Positions 1-11,479 of a stretch of 64,000 bases of DNA are shown in pieces; the stretch's first letter is position 1; every line of letters begins with the position of its first letter. The position numbers and the translations under genes are program-made. The stretch spans positions 6,208,001-6,272,000 of the forward strand of contig CAVUSO010000001.1 in the NCBI GenBank assembly GCA_963744145.1, in the 5' to 3' direction. The stretch comes from an uncultured cyanobacterium (GTDB lineage Bacteria > Cyanobacteriota > Cyanobacteriia > Cyanobacteriales > CAWUOF01). The notes under the pieces were generated by a model. That model was given only the letters and a program-made list of their open reading frames with translations, was not told where the DNA came from and made no database searches.

Positions 1-135
1 CTCGAATTGAATTGTCCACGCTTTCCCACCTATTGCAAATTAATTCTGATTTAATCTCAGTCTAATCTTTGTGGGTTAAGTGTGCCGACGACAAGCTCCT
101 AACAACTGAAAAACTCTAAGCAGCCATCATGGGTG

Positions 136-2475
136 ATGAAAATCCATTTTTCCTCTTATTTAACAGCATTATCCGCGCTTCTACTTGTCCTGACAGGTGT
201 TTGGTTTGTAGATAAAACCCAACAAGAACGATTTCAACAGCAAAATCGTGCCGATGTTCTCCATCAACTCAGTACAGTTCGGGCTCGACTTGAAGGTGCC
301 TTAGATTCCCGGTTATTTTTATTACGTGGTCTGGTGGCTTTTATTTCCAACTATACCGATGTTGATCAGGTAGAATTTGAAGACTTGGCCAAAATTATCA
401 TTGCCTACCAAACAGGGATTGACAGTATTTATTTAGCTAAAAATACTGTGGTAACTAATATTTACCCACCCCAAAAAAAAGCGGCTTTGGGGCAAAAGCT
501 CATGGAAGAATCAGTCCAGAGACAGGGGATTCAACAAGCGATTGAGCATAAAAAAACTACGATTACTGGTCCAGTTAAAACCGCAACTGGTAGGGTAATT
601 TTTGTGGGTAATACCCCGATTTTTCTTACTCCTCGTGGAAAAGAGCCTGAAAGTGGTGATTATTGGGGTTTAGCAGGAATCGGAATTGATCGGACTACCT
701 TGATGAAAGAAGCAGGAATGTTAAATCCCCTGGTTAAAATTGATTATGGACTGCGGGTACATGATTCTTTATCTAATTCAGAGCGGATGTTGTTTGGACA
801 AGAAAAGATTTTTTATGAAGATCCAGTTTTATTAGATGTGTCTTTACCGAACGGTTGGTGGCAATTGGCTGCAATTCCCCTAGATGGATGGCCATCTAAT
901 TATCCCCATCAATGGTGGGTGCAAAATGGGGGTGTTTTGTTGGCTTTATTAACTGGAATTATTGTGTTTAGATTGGTTAATGCCCCTTTCTATTTGCGCG
1001 AAGCGATCGCTCAGGCAACATCTACTTTAAATGCTAATGAAGCTAAGTATCGTGAACTGGTGGAAAATGCTAATAGTATTATTTTGCGGATCGATCATCA
1101 GGGGAATATTACTTTTTTTAATGAATTTGCTCAAGGTTTTTTTGGGTATTCAGAACAGGAAATTATTGGTAAAAACATCATCGGGACAATTATGGCCCAG
1201 GTTGATGGGGCTGGAAAAGATTTGGGGGTAATGCTAATCAATTGCTTACAAAATCCCGCACAATATACTAGCTATGAAAATGAAAATATTCGTCGTAATG
1301 GTGAACGAGTTTGGATTTCTTGGACAAATAAAGCACTGTTAGATCACCAGGGAATATTTCGCGGTATATTATGTATTGGGACGGATATTAGCGATCGCAA
1401 ATGGGCAGAGCAAGAGTTACAAAGAGCTAATGAAGAATTAGAAACCCGAGTTGAGGAACGGACTACAGAATTAAAACAAAAAGCTTTCCAACTAGAAACA
1501 GCTTTGCATCAACTTCAACTAACTCAAACTCAATTAGTTCACTCTGAAAAAATGTCTAGTCTCGGACAATTGATTGCAGGGATTGCCCATGAAATCAATA
1601 ATCCGGTTAATTTTATTCACGGCAATCTTTCTTATATTATTGATTATACTCAAGACTTTTTGAAATTAATTAATGTCTATCAACAGGAATATTCTCAGAC
1701 TAATCCCCGGATTGAAGCAGTTTTAGAAGAAATTGAGTGGGATTTTATTCGGGAAGATTTAGGCAAAATTGTGTCTTCTATGCAAATCGGTACGGAACGA
1801 ATCCGTCAAATTGTGCTATCTTTAAGAAATTTTTCTCGTTTAGATGAATCAGATATGAAACCGGTGGATATTCATGAGGGGATTGAAAGTACCTTATTAA
1901 TTTTACAAAACCGTCTGAAACCTCATCATAGTGTGACTGATATTCAGATTATTAAGGAATATGGTGATTTGCCTTTAGTAGAATGCTATGCTGGTCAATT
2001 AAATCAAGTATTTATGAATATCCTTAGTAATGCTCTTGATGCTTTACAGACGAAAAGATTTAATTATCTACAAGTCAATTTGGCAGCAATTGAGCAACAA
2101 ATGATTCCAGCTAAACCAGACGAGGGTAGAACTGAAGAAGCAATAAATCAGGAAAGAGGAAATTCAGATTATCCCCAATTTGATCTACCCACAATTCGGA
2201 TTCGGACTAAAGTGATGGATAGCGATCGGATCAGAATTGAAATTGCTGATAATGGGATGGGGATGACCGAGGAAATCAAAAATAATATTTTTAATCCCTT
2301 TTTTACGACTAAAGATGTGGGTAAAGGAACTGGGTTAGGTTTATCCATCAGTTATCAAATTGTGGTGGAAAAGCACTTAGGTGAATTGCAGTGTCGATCA
2401 GCTCCAGAGCTAGGCACACTATTCATAATTGAATTGCCCAGGAAATGTGTCCGGACTCTGGCAGTTCAGAAGTAG
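136..2475 (+). CDS. Membrane sensor histidine kinase (CHASE-like periplasmic domain, PAS/PAC, HisKA, HATPase)
   Basis: Two TM segments flank a periplasmic domain; PAS (YRELVENANSIILRID..GNITFFN); H-box AGIAHEINNP; N-box LNQVFMNILSNA; G-boxes DNGMGM and GKGTGLGLSIS. ATG at 136 (ORF track starts at GTG 133). Confidence 0.9.
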   Translation: MKIHFSSYLTALSALLLVLTGVWFVDKTQQERFQQQNRADVLHQLSTVRARLEGALDSRLFLLRGLVAFISNYTDVDQVEFEDLAKIIIAYQTGIDSIYLAKNTVVTNIYPPQKKAALGQKLMEESVQRQGIQQAIEHKKTTITGPVKTATGRVIFVGNTPIFLTPRGKEPESGDYWGLAGIGIDRTTLMKEAGMLNPLVKIDYGLRVHDSLSNSERMLFGQEKIFYEDPVLLDVSLPNGWWQLAAIPLDGWPSNYPHQWWVQNGGVLLALLTGIIVFRLVNAPFYLREAIAQATSTLNANEAKYRELVENANSIILRIDHQGNITFFNEFAQGFFGYSEQEIIGKNIIGTIMAQVDGAGKDLGVMLINCLQNPAQYTSYENENIRRNGERVWISWTNKALLDHQGIFRGILCIGTDISDRKWAEQELQRANEELETRVEERTTELKQKAFQLETALHQLQLTQTQLVHSEKMSSLGQLIAGIAHEINNPVNFIHGNLSYIIDYTQDFLKLINVYQQEYSQTNPRIEAVLEEIEWDFIREDLGKIVSSMQIGTERIRQIVLSLRNFSRLDESDMKPVDIHEGIESTLLILQNRLKPHHSVTDIQIIKEYGDLPLVECYAGQLNQVFMNILSNALDALQTKRFNYLQVNLAAIEQQMIPAKPDEGRTEEAINQERGNSDYPQFDLPTIRIRTKVMDSDRIRIEIADNGMGMTEEIKNNIFNPFFTTKDVGKGTGLGLSISYQIVVEKHLGELQCRSAPELGTLFIIELPRKCVRTLAVQK

Positions 2476-2558
2476 GGATGGTTATAATATGCTTAGAGAC
2501 TATAACTATACACAGGACTGAAACTGACTCAACTAGATGATGCTGGAATTGGATATTT

Positions 2559-3209
2559 ATGAAAGCTGAACTGACTGGTTTAATACATTTGGGTTGGCGC
2601 TTTTTCTGGCAGAATATTCCATCTATGAGTAGGAATATTTTTTTAGCCTTAATTCCTTTCGGGTTAAGTATTTGGTTGTTCCGACGCGATCGCCCCCGCT
2701 CGGCTTACTGGTGGTTAGGATTGTTGATTTTTATCGCTTTTTTGCCCAATGCACCCTATGTACTCACCGATATTATTCATTTAATCTATCAAATTCAACA
2801 CCGTCCATCGGTGTGGGTGATTACCCTAATTCTCATTCCTCAATATTTTGTGTTTTGTTTATTGGGATTGGAAGCTTATGTACTATCTCTGATGAATCTG
2901 GGCTTTTATTTGCGACGGATTGGTCGAAGTAAATGGATTTTGTGGTCTGAATTGGCTTTACACTTTCTCAGTGCGGTTGGGATTTATTTGGGTAGGTTTA
3001 ACCGGTGGAATACTTGGGACTTACTGACTGAAACTGATGGAGTATTTAATAGTGTCATTGATAATTTAATTGGGGCACGTCCAGCCTTAGTGATTTTCGT
3101 CACAGTTATAGTGATTGCAGGGTTGTATTGGTTGATGAAACAGCTCAGTTTAGCGATCGCAATCCAACATAAACTGGGAAAATTCTATACGGAAGTGAGT
3201 CAAATCTGA
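2559..3209 (+). CDS. DUF1361-like integral membrane protein
   Basis: Multiple hydrophobic helices; motifs FLPNAPYVLTDIIHL and GIYLGRFNRWNTWD typical of DUF1361. Confidence 0.75.
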   Translation: MKAELTGLIHLGWRFFWQNIPSMSRNIFLALIPFGLSIWLFRRDRPRSAYWWLGLLIFIAFLPNAPYVLTDIIHLIYQIQHRPSVWVITLILIPQYFVFCLLGLEAYVLSLMNLGFYLRRIGRSKWILWSELALHFLSAVGIYLGRFNRWNTWDLLTETDGVFNSVIDNLIGARPALVIFVTVIVIAGLYWLMKQLSLAIAIQHKLGKFYTEVSQI

Positions 3210-3234
3210 AGTAGTTTATAGGACAACATACATA

Positions 3235-4935
3235 ATGGAGCTGGACTTAGGCGATCGCATGAACCTGAACATCCTCAATTTTTTGCCACCAGACGCTAAA
3301 CTCTTGCTAGAAATTGGTTGTGGAATCGGGACTCTGGGCAAAGAATACCAACAAATTAATCCCGATTGTCAATATATGGGGATGGAAAGCGATCGGTCCC
3401 AGGCTGAAATTGCTGCCCAAAAACTAGATCGGGTATTTACCTCAAACTGCTGGGAAATCAATGAAACTGACTCCAATTTATTGATGGGTAGAGTAGATTG
3501 CCTGATCTACGGACATATTTTGCCCTATCTGAGCGATCCTTGGGGATTACTTAAGCAACATATAGCCTTACTGAAGGATAATGGTCAAGTGCTAGCGCGG
3601 ATTCCCAATGTCCAACATTGGGGACGATTGCTGAATCTAATCCAAGGAAAATGGGAAGATCAGGAACAAGATTGGTCATCTGGTCAAATTTTACGTTATT
3701 TTACCCTAGATACCATCAACCAAATGTTTACTGAAGCTGGGTTACAGGTTTTTGATATTCAAAATCAGGAAAGTAACTCAGAAGATTTTCAGAAATTACA
3801 GTCTTTACTTGTCCCTGTTTTAAATTTTTTCCAAATCAACCCAAAAACTTTTGCTGAACAATGTAAACCATCTGATTATCTGGTCCGAGCGTTCAAATCT
3901 CCCACCCCACCTCGTCGTTTACTAATTCAAACTCTAATTCGCTCACCGACAGGACGCGATCGAGTGCGTGTTTTTGATCCAGATCGTTTCAGTTCCACAA
4001 TTCCCGGTGTGCGAACTATTGCTTCAATGCAACCTGTTAATTTAAACGCTGCATTACCACAGGAAGAGAAAGTTTTTATTTGGCAAGCGGCAATTCTTGA
4101 ATATCCAAAAGATATTCCGGGACTCAAGAGATTATTAGAATATGGCTATTTAATTGTTGCTGAATTTGATGATGATCCCCTCCATCGTTCTGAGTATGCA
4201 GAGAATCAATTTTTGAGTTTTCGTGGTAGTCACTGTGTGCAGACTACGACTAAACCTTTAGCTAATTATCTGCGAGAACTCAATCCTAATGTCGCGATTT
4301 TTGCTAATCAACTGGCTTATTTACCACCAGTACGAACTTATAGTAATGATAATTCTGTCACCTTATTTTTTGGTGCTTTATTACGGGAAAAAGATTGGCC
4401 CGAAATTATGCCAGCTTTAAATCGGATTTTAGCTGACTATCCCAATCAAGTTAGGGTGAAAGTGATTCATGATCGACTTTTCTTTGATGCTTTACAAACG
4501 GAGCAAAAAGAATTTGAACCATTTTGCCCTTATGAAAAGTATGAAGCAATTATGCGCTCTTGTGATATTGGGATTTTACCTCTTGCTCCCAATCGCTATA
4601 ATAGCATGAAGTCAGATTTAAAGTTTATTCAATGTGCAGGTCATGGAGTCGCAGCATTAGCTAGTCCTACAGTGTATGAAAATTCGATTATTGAAGGAGA
4701 GACAGGATTAATCTATCGTTCCGCAGCAGATTTTGAAGTTAAACTAAGAACCCTGATTGAAAATTGTAGTTTACGTCACCAGTTGACAGCTAATGCTTAT
4801 GAATATGTGCGTCACAATCGTTTACTATCTCAACATTATCGAGAACGTCGTGAGTGGTATTTGCAGATGCGCGATGATTTACCACGCTTGAATGAAGAAC
4901 TCTACAGTCGTTTTCCTGAATTATTTAAAAATTAA
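3235..4935 (+). CDS. Class I SAM methyltransferase fused to a GT-B glycosyltransferase domain
   Basis: N-terminal LLEIGCGIG SAM motif; C-terminal CDIGILPL..N..KSDLKF..GVAALASP glycosyltransferase signature. Confidence 0.75.
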   Translation: MELDLGDRMNLNILNFLPPDAKLLLEIGCGIGTLGKEYQQINPDCQYMGMESDRSQAEIAAQKLDRVFTSNCWEINETDSNLLMGRVDCLIYGHILPYLSDPWGLLKQHIALLKDNGQVLARIPNVQHWGRLLNLIQGKWEDQEQDWSSGQILRYFTLDTINQMFTEAGLQVFDIQNQESNSEDFQKLQSLLVPVLNFFQINPKTFAEQCKPSDYLVRAFKSPTPPRRLLIQTLIRSPTGRDRVRVFDPDRFSSTIPGVRTIASMQPVNLNAALPQEEKVFIWQAAILEYPKDIPGLKRLLEYGYLIVAEFDDDPLHRSEYAENQFLSFRGSHCVQTTTKPLANYLRELNPNVAIFANQLAYLPPVRTYSNDNSVTLFFGALLREKDWPEIMPALNRILADYPNQVRVKVIHDRLFFDALQTEQKEFEPFCPYEKYEAIMRSCDIGILPLAPNRYNSMKSDLKFIQCAGHGVAALASPTVYENSIIEGETGLIYRSAADFEVKLRTLIENCSLRHQLTANAYEYVRHNRLLSQHYRERREWYLQMRDDLPRLNEELYSRFPELFKN

Positions 4936-5025
4936 GCGCTGGCAGCTGATTTTTTTTAAATTAGATATAATCGAAAAGGGGTTGTTGTAGAACTAAATTA
5001 GCCCAAATTATGGAGATGAAAGAAC

Positions 5026-5655
5026 ATGAATCATATATTATCGGCAATTGGACTTTCTTTGTCTTCTAATTCTGACAGTTTTGCGGTTGGAGTTGCTTAT
5101 GGAACGAAAAGAATCAGAATTGGGACATTGAGTAATTTACTCATGGCATTTATTTCGGCACTAGGTACCTATCTTTCCATGAGTCTAGGAGAAAAAATTA
5201 CTCAATTTTTAGATCATGACGTTGCTAATTTTCTTGGTAGTTTTGTATTGGTAGCTATTGGAGTTTGGGGAATTTTAAATACATTAAGAGCTGAGATCAA
5301 AAGCAAAAGAAAAAAAGAAACACCATCATCATTAATAGATGAACTTGATTATGAGGTATTTGTCGAAGATCCAAGTCTAGCTGATTTAGACAATTCTAAA
5401 GTGATTGATGTCCGAGAATCAATTCCTTTAGGTTTGGCTTTAACTATTAATAATTTAGCTAATGGAATTGGAGCAGGGTTGTCAGGTATCAATATTTATT
5501 TAACTACTTTCCTGTGTTTTATATTCAGTATACTCAGCATTGTAATTGGATATATAATTGGGGAAAAGCTTACAGCCCGGCTCTCTGGAAAATGGCTAGA
5601 TTTGATTTCAGGTTCAATGATGATCGCGATCGGGATTTATGAGTATTATAGTTAA
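5026..5655 (+). CDS. YtaF/MntP-family membrane protein (possible Mn efflux)
   Basis: SSNSDSFAVGVAYG and LGLALTINNLANGIG repeated helical motifs; about 6 TM helices. Confidence 0.7.
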   Translation: MNHILSAIGLSLSSNSDSFAVGVAYGTKRIRIGTLSNLLMAFISALGTYLSMSLGEKITQFLDHDVANFLGSFVLVAIGVWGILNTLRAEIKSKRKKETPSSLIDELDYEVFVEDPSLADLDNSKVIDVRESIPLGLALTINNLANGIGAGLSGINIYLTTFLCFIFSILSIVIGYIIGEKLTARLSGKWLDLISGSMMIAIGIYEYYS

Positions 5656-5670
5656 TCTTGGCCTAATTTT

Positions 5671-6819
5671 TCATTTAATTTGTGCGAGCATTCGCGTCAA
5701 AACTTTTTGAGAATCAAAATATTCTTCGGCGATTAATCTGGCGGTATGATAATGTTGAGCATAGTTATTTTCGATCGCTTCTAAAGCAGAGATAGCTTCT
5801 TCTAAATTAGAAAAAACTTGTAATCCTGTCCCAATTGGTAACCAAGTTGAAAAATTAGTATCTTGAGTGATGACTGGACGTCCAGTAGCAAGATATTGAG
5901 CACTACGTTCACTAAACCAACCACAACGTCCCCGGACATATCCATTTTTCGCGATCGCCAATTCTCCCCGAGATAAAGTAATATATTGTTGATATGCTGT
6001 TAAATTTTTAGTAACCTGATTAGCATCAACTATCCTCCATCCTTTTGACTCTAATAACTGTTTTGGAGCACCATTAGCGATCGCTAATTCTAACTCGATA
6101 TTAGTTTGTTGAGGTAAATTCTCATAAACTGCAAATTCAACATCTTTTTGACCATAAATTTGTCCTTGAAATTCCACATTGCGATAACTTTTCCAATTCA
6201 TGACTGTTGTATAAGCACAAGGTGACGGAGCGGGAGGTACAAATTTCCAGAAATCTAAAAATATTGGTTGTGGAGTTTTTAACCAAGTTAAACCTACATC
6301 GGGGATTGGACAATCAGCATCACCTAAATTCATTGCGATCGTAAATCGAAAATCATGTTCTGCATAAAACTGACGAAAATGAGGTTCTTGTAACATCCGA
6401 ATTTGATTAAATCCGGGATCAGTATCAATAATTACAGTACATTGAGCTTGACGATAGCGATCGCGTAAAGGATTGACTCCGGAGACATTAATAAATAAAT
6501 CAGCACTCTGACATAAAGCATCTAATTGTTTTTCGCTCATGCCATAATATTGATTAAAAAACTGACTATAATAACACCAACGTCCATCTAGTCCAAAGTA
6601 GTGAAAAATTGCTTGGATGTATTTTAATCCATAAGCTGGACTTTCATATTCTCCGCAATTATAGGTTTCAGGATTATATACCCAAGAATAATCACCGCTA
6701 TCTTCTAAAAAATAAACATCATGTCCGAGTTGACGTAATCCTAAGATAAAATGTAATCCTTGCCATGTTGGTCCAGCAAAGGGATATGCAACCATATAAC
6801 CAGCGATAATAATTTTCAT
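5671..6819 (-). CDS. Uncharacterised GT-B fold glycosyltransferase-like protein
   Basis: LGLRQLGHDVYFLED N-terminal motif; GWFSERSAQYLATGRPVITQDT C-terminal motif; paralog of 6838..8040. Confidence 0.6.
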   Translation of the reverse strand: MKIIIAGYMVAYPFAGPTWQGLHFILGLRQLGHDVYFLEDSGDYSWVYNPETYNCGEYESPAYGLKYIQAIFHYFGLDGRWCYYSQFFNQYYGMSEKQLDALCQSADLFINVSGVNPLRDRYRQAQCTVIIDTDPGFNQIRMLQEPHFRQFYAEHDFRFTIAMNLGDADCPIPDVGLTWLKTPQPIFLDFWKFVPPAPSPCAYTTVMNWKSYRNVEFQGQIYGQKDVEFAVYENLPQQTNIELELAIANGAPKQLLESKGWRIVDANQVTKNLTAYQQYITLSRGELAIAKNGYVRGRCGWFSERSAQYLATGRPVITQDTNFSTWLPIGTGLQVFSNLEEAISALEAIENNYAQHYHTARLIAEEYFDSQKVLTRMLAQIK

Positions 6820-6837
6820 TTTAATGATATAAGATTG

Positions 6838-8040
6838 TTATAATTGATCTAATAGTTTACCTAAAACTTGATTAGCATCAAAATATTCTCGGGCGATTTC
6901 TCTAGCCCGATCAGCATGAATTGCATAATCGTAACTAACTTTTTCCAGATAAAAAACAGCTTCTTCTAAATTATTAAATCCAAATAATCCGGTTCCGGTG
7001 GGGAGAAATTTTGTCCAAGCTGTATCTTGTACTATTGCTGGTTTACCTGATGCTAAATAACAAGCTGTTCGACAACTAAACCAACCACTACGAGTCGCGA
7101 CATAAGCTTGTTTAGCTACACTCCATTCCCCCATAGAAGCAGAGATATAATCTCGATAATGAGCAGGTGTACGTGAGATCAGATAACCATCTATTATTTG
7201 CCAACCATAAGATTTTAATAGTTGGTGGGGTGCAGCACCGGAAATTGCTATTTCTAAGTTAGCACAGATATTTCTCAATTTTAACCGCTCAGGTAATAGA
7301 AAATAAGCCGGAAATTCTAAATCTTTTCCTCCTAATGTTTGGTGATTGATGATAGGAGGAGTTTCATCAATTTGCCAACTCATTACCGTTGTCCAACTTC
7401 GCGATCGAGTGGGCATGGTTATGGGTAAATTCAGCCACCAATCGAGGACAATTGGTTGATGGGTCGGGTGCCATTTTAATGAATTAGTAGGGATAGTACA
7501 ATCGGGATTATGAATATTTTCAGCAAAGGTGAAAAAATAATCATGGGCTAAAATAGTGTTAACTCGTTCTATTGTTTCTTGATTAGCAGTTCCTGACCTA
7601 ACTGCTGCTATTTTTGATTGACTATAAGCTGGATCGGAATCTAGATAAATTTTACAGGGAATATCTATATATAAATTTCGCAAAGATGCACAACCAGAAA
7701 GATTCAGAAAAATATCTGCACTTTGACACCATTCTTTTACCTGACTCCGTTCTAATCCCCAATAATAATGTTGCAGATCGCGTAATGTCCATAATGCGTC
7801 TGGAGCATAGGTGCGAAATATTTTGGCTAAATAATTAAGATTTTTTGCTGGATTGTCGATATAAGTTTGTAAAACTGGATCATAAAACCAACGTCCGGTA
7901 TCTTCTAAATAAAGCACTTGATGTCCTAAACGCAATAATCCGATAATATAATGTAAGTAATCCCAAGCTAATCCTCCTAAGGGATAGGTAGCAATTAAAC
8001 CTGTAATAATTATCCGCATATTCTTGTAACTAGAATTCAC
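6838..8040 (-). CDS. Uncharacterised GT-B fold glycosyltransferase-like protein (tandem paralog)
   Basis: GLLRLGHQVLYLED and GWFSCRTACYLASGKPAIVQDT; co-linear similarity with 5671..6819. Confidence 0.6.
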   Translation of the reverse strand: MNSSYKNMRIIITGLIATYPLGGLAWDYLHYIIGLLRLGHQVLYLEDTGRWFYDPVLQTYIDNPAKNLNYLAKIFRTYAPDALWTLRDLQHYYWGLERSQVKEWCQSADIFLNLSGCASLRNLYIDIPCKIYLDSDPAYSQSKIAAVRSGTANQETIERVNTILAHDYFFTFAENIHNPDCTIPTNSLKWHPTHQPIVLDWWLNLPITMPTRSRSWTTVMSWQIDETPPIINHQTLGGKDLEFPAYFLLPERLKLRNICANLEIAISGAAPHQLLKSYGWQIIDGYLISRTPAHYRDYISASMGEWSVAKQAYVATRSGWFSCRTACYLASGKPAIVQDTAWTKFLPTGTGLFGFNNLEEAVFYLEKVSYDYAIHADRAREIAREYFDANQVLGKLLDQL

Positions 8041-8855
8041 TCAAATAGAACATTATATCGACTGGGTAAATCAGCATTTTGCTCTAACTGTTCTAAGGTG
8101 TGAAAATAGGTAGGGTAATTTTGACAAAATGATTGTATTAATGGAGCGGTTAAGTCTAACTTGGTGAACAGATTTGGTTGGTAAAGATGATTGAGGATGT
8201 CTGGAGATAAGTCTAATTTGCTTAACCAAGATAACTGCGATCGCAATAAATTGAGAAATTGATCTGGTGAGGTTAATAAACTATTAATATTAACTAATAA
8301 ACATCGAGCGCGGTGAGTTTGATAAAATTTTAATAAATGAGAATTATAATATTGCCAGATTTGCAGAGCATTCAGAGCTTTAAAACAACCAAGTCCACTC
8401 GATCGCTTAATGGAATCAGCAACATCCCAAGGAAAGCGATAAATTAATAAATAATTAGCTTGAGGAATCAATTGATCCCAAAAATCAAGTAATAGAGAAG
8501 TTCTGGGATCTTTCCAACCCCAAATTTCTGCGCGATCGCTTCTAGTGGTGATTAATTGTTGAGCAGATGCTCGATAAGTGGTGAATTGATCTCGATCTAA
8601 CCATTCACTCTCAGTCCAACCCCAATCACTCCAACCCGGTTCTGAGGGATGACAACAAGCTTGGAGGAGCGATCGCTGGAATTTGAGAAAATCGACATCT
8701 TCAAAATAACCTGGAGGATTAAATGAATCACCGACCAGTAAATTCTGACCTAAATCTACCCCTAATGCTTGCATAAATGCTGCGACGAGGGAAGTACCAG
8801 AGCGGTGCATTCCTGTAATAATCAGAACTGAAGACAACATATTGACACTGAACAC
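8037..8855 (-). CDS. Sulfotransferase family protein
   Basis: PAPS-binding motif IITGMHRSGTS, WGWKDPRT and YRFPWDVADS; 4-bp overlap with the next gene. Confidence 0.8.
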   Translation of the reverse strand: MFSVNMLSSVLIITGMHRSGTSLVAAFMQALGVDLGQNLLVGDSFNPPGYFEDVDFLKFQRSLLQACCHPSEPGWSDWGWTESEWLDRDQFTTYRASAQQLITTRSDRAEIWGWKDPRTSLLLDFWDQLIPQANYLLIYRFPWDVADSIKRSSGLGCFKALNALQIWQYYNSHLLKFYQTHRARCLLVNINSLLTSPDQFLNLLRSQLSWLSKLDLSPDILNHLYQPNLFTKLDLTAPLIQSFCQNYPTYFHTLEQLEQNADLPSRYNVLFE

Positions 8856-9899
8856 AAATTATATTATTCCAAATCATACCATCTTGAGCAACTTGGGATG
8901 AATAGATCAACTCTTTTTGGTGTAAAATCTAGAAAGACGAAGGTAGTTTTAATCACCTCGAATTTTTACAAGGTAATATCTAGTGACAAATATCCAAGTC
9001 CTATGCTATAAATATGATTGATTAAACTGCTACTTAATTGCCAGCAGCATTCTCAAGTTAGCAAAAATATAAAAAAATCATATCCTGAGAGAACTTCTAA
9101 AATGTCCAGATCGTCTTCATATCAAGGTTGGGAAATTACTGAAGAACAAAGAGAAGCTTATCGACAATGTTCAAAAGAATCTAGTAAAGCTAAAGCACAA
9201 GCTCTTCGAGGTGAAGGGAGCAAACCGATCCATCCCATTAATAATCCTCAATTAAAACCTGAGCAATTAATGCCACAATTACCCGAAAATGGATGGCGAT
9301 CGCTTTCTTTGTTTAGTGGTGGTGGTGGTTTGGATCTTGGCTTTGATCGAGCAGGTTTCCATCACATCGCTTCCTATGATATTCTCCGCTTCTAAAAATC
9401 TATGTAAACCTACGCAAAGGCAGAAATGAATAGACAAGACTCAGCGGTTTAAGTTTCTGAAGCATTATTTCTTAGTGCTTGCGCTTCCCCAGTATTGAGG
9501 TTGGCCAAGAAATCCCAGTTAGAAACGGTATAATAATCGTGTCTACGTTTGATTACACCGGAATGCTTGATTTGGTTATTTAGTTGATGCCACTGACTCC
9601 AAACGTGCTTAGTTAAGTTCACCTCAACAAAGGCGGTTAAGGAGTCAGGTAATTTTTCCGATAGTTTCATGGCACGTCTGCCAATCACAAAGGCTGCGGC
9701 TTCATCACTGGCGAGGGCATACATCCGCAGATATTTGACCAGGCCAATCACGCTCGAATAAGCAGGATTGACCGTGATTAGTTCAATGCCTCGGTTGGCC
9801 AAGATTGAACTTAGTTGTTTAAAAAACTCAGAATATGCCCAGCCAGAAAGCATCCTGGCATATTTCCGACCAAGTTCTCTCAGCTGTTCTTTCTTAGTA

Positions 9900-11479
9900 A
9901 GTAGTCGGACATAAATAAAGTTAACTATGTTAACTTTATTTAAGAGTAAATTTGACCCACAAATTTACCAGAGAAAAGCATATAAAAGTATTCCCTCCGT
10001 CCAACTGAATAGGTTTCACTAGAGAGTAAGAAAACTGCATTTCCAGATTTTCTATTAACTATAAATATGGTCAGTTTTGCCTCAGCCTCTCATTAAACAA
10101 TTAATGGAATTTTTCCGGTTGACTAGAACTAGAATAAACCCGATTAGGATTTTTGTTCATCCTGGCTAGGCTGACCACCAAATCTAAATCTTTTTACTTC
10201 TAAGCCCTTACTAGTTTGACGAGCTTCGATTGCTGCTCTTACCGCGATGGTTAATTCATATTCATTCTCAAACATTTGACCAGCTAATTCATCTTCTTTG
10301 ATTCTTTCCCACTCCGTTTCAATCAGATTTAATTCGGGAGAGTAACTGGATAATAGGAATATATATAATCCTTGTTTTTCCCATTGATCATAGTTGCTCT
10401 TCGTCAATTTACTTACGTGAACGGAATATTGGTCTTGGACAATTACAGTTATTTTGCCCGTTTCTTTCAATCTAGTTTCCGCTTGCGCGGCTTGCCAATC
10501 CATTAATTTGATATAATTCTTACTGTCAAAACTCTTAAAACTTAATCCATATTCAAAGCTTTCTCCCACGGCCAAAAATCCACATATATTTAATCTTTTC
10601 CCTTTCTTTTTAGGCTGTTTGATCTGTTTCTGTTGGCCGATTTTCCCCCAGGTATATACAGGTTCAGCCCACAGGCTAAATCCTGATTCATCCAAATATT
10701 TTAAACATATTTCACCCGCGGCTGCCGCGAATTCCAACATCTCTAAATCATTTCTTTTAGTTGCTCTTTTTTCCTGGTCTTGCTTTCCTTTTAGAGATGT
10801 TCTCGTTCTTTTCCACCGATAGTTTTTTTTGAGGATTCGACGCAACTGTCTTTGGCTCAGTTTTACTTGCCTTTCCTGGGCTAGATATTTCACTAACTGA
10901 CGACTATTATAAGCTCGTTCCTCTGTCTCTAGTTTTTTTTCAATTTCTGCCAAATCTGCCTGACTCCATTTTCTTTTCCTGCCCGGACGAGGCGCATCCC
11001 ATAATCCTGCTAATCCCTGTTTTTCCCAACGATGTATTGTGGCTCTCACTGTCTTAATTGACCAGTTCAGATACTTGCCGATCTGTTCCACTTTCCATCC
11101 CATTGATGATAATCTCAAGGTCGCAGCCCGATCTCTTGTTCTTAGTGGAACTCCCTCGGCTCTATTTAATTCCCATAAGGTTTGATTTTCCGCAGATGTT
11201 AAAAATATTCTCAAAGGAGGAGATGACATTTTCTTCAAACTTTTAAGTTAGCTCTATAATTATTTCACAATCAGGGTGTTTTTTTTGAAGCTAAAATCGA
11301 CCTCACTTATCCCCTTAATTACCAAAATAAGTCTAATTTTTTGCTCCCATTGTCCAGCCACTTCTTTGGCCAATCTTCCCCAGATTGGACTAATTTTTCG
11401 ATGACTTTGTCCAGCTTATTGCTTGACCCATACGTTTTACAAAAGTTAATACAGTACCTATTACTTTTGTCCGACTACT
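9900..11479 (-). mobile_element. IS630-family element, copy 1 (1580 bp)
   Basis: Terminal inverted repeats AGTAGTCGGACA; TA duplication at 9898-99 and 11480-81; appears identical to 51458..53037. Confidence 0.92.
10144..11229 (-). CDS. IS630-family DDE transposase
   Basis: N-terminal HTH (WEKQGLAGLWDAPRPGRKRK); catalytic YLDESGF, IVQDQYSVH and YSPELNLIE. Confidence 0.92.
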   Translation of the reverse strand: MSSPPLRIFLTSAENQTLWELNRAEGVPLRTRDRAATLRLSSMGWKVEQIGKYLNWSIKTVRATIHRWEKQGLAGLWDAPRPGRKRKWSQADLAEIEKKLETEERAYNSRQLVKYLAQERQVKLSQRQLRRILKKNYRWKRTRTSLKGKQDQEKRATKRNDLEMLEFAAAAGEICLKYLDESGFSLWAEPVYTWGKIGQQKQIKQPKKKGKRLNICGFLAVGESFEYGLSFKSFDSKNYIKLMDWQAAQAETRLKETGKITVIVQDQYSVHVSKLTKSNYDQWEKQGLYIFLLSSYSPELNLIETEWERIKEDELAGQMFENEYELTIAVRAAIEARQTSKGLEVKRFRFGGQPSQDEQKS

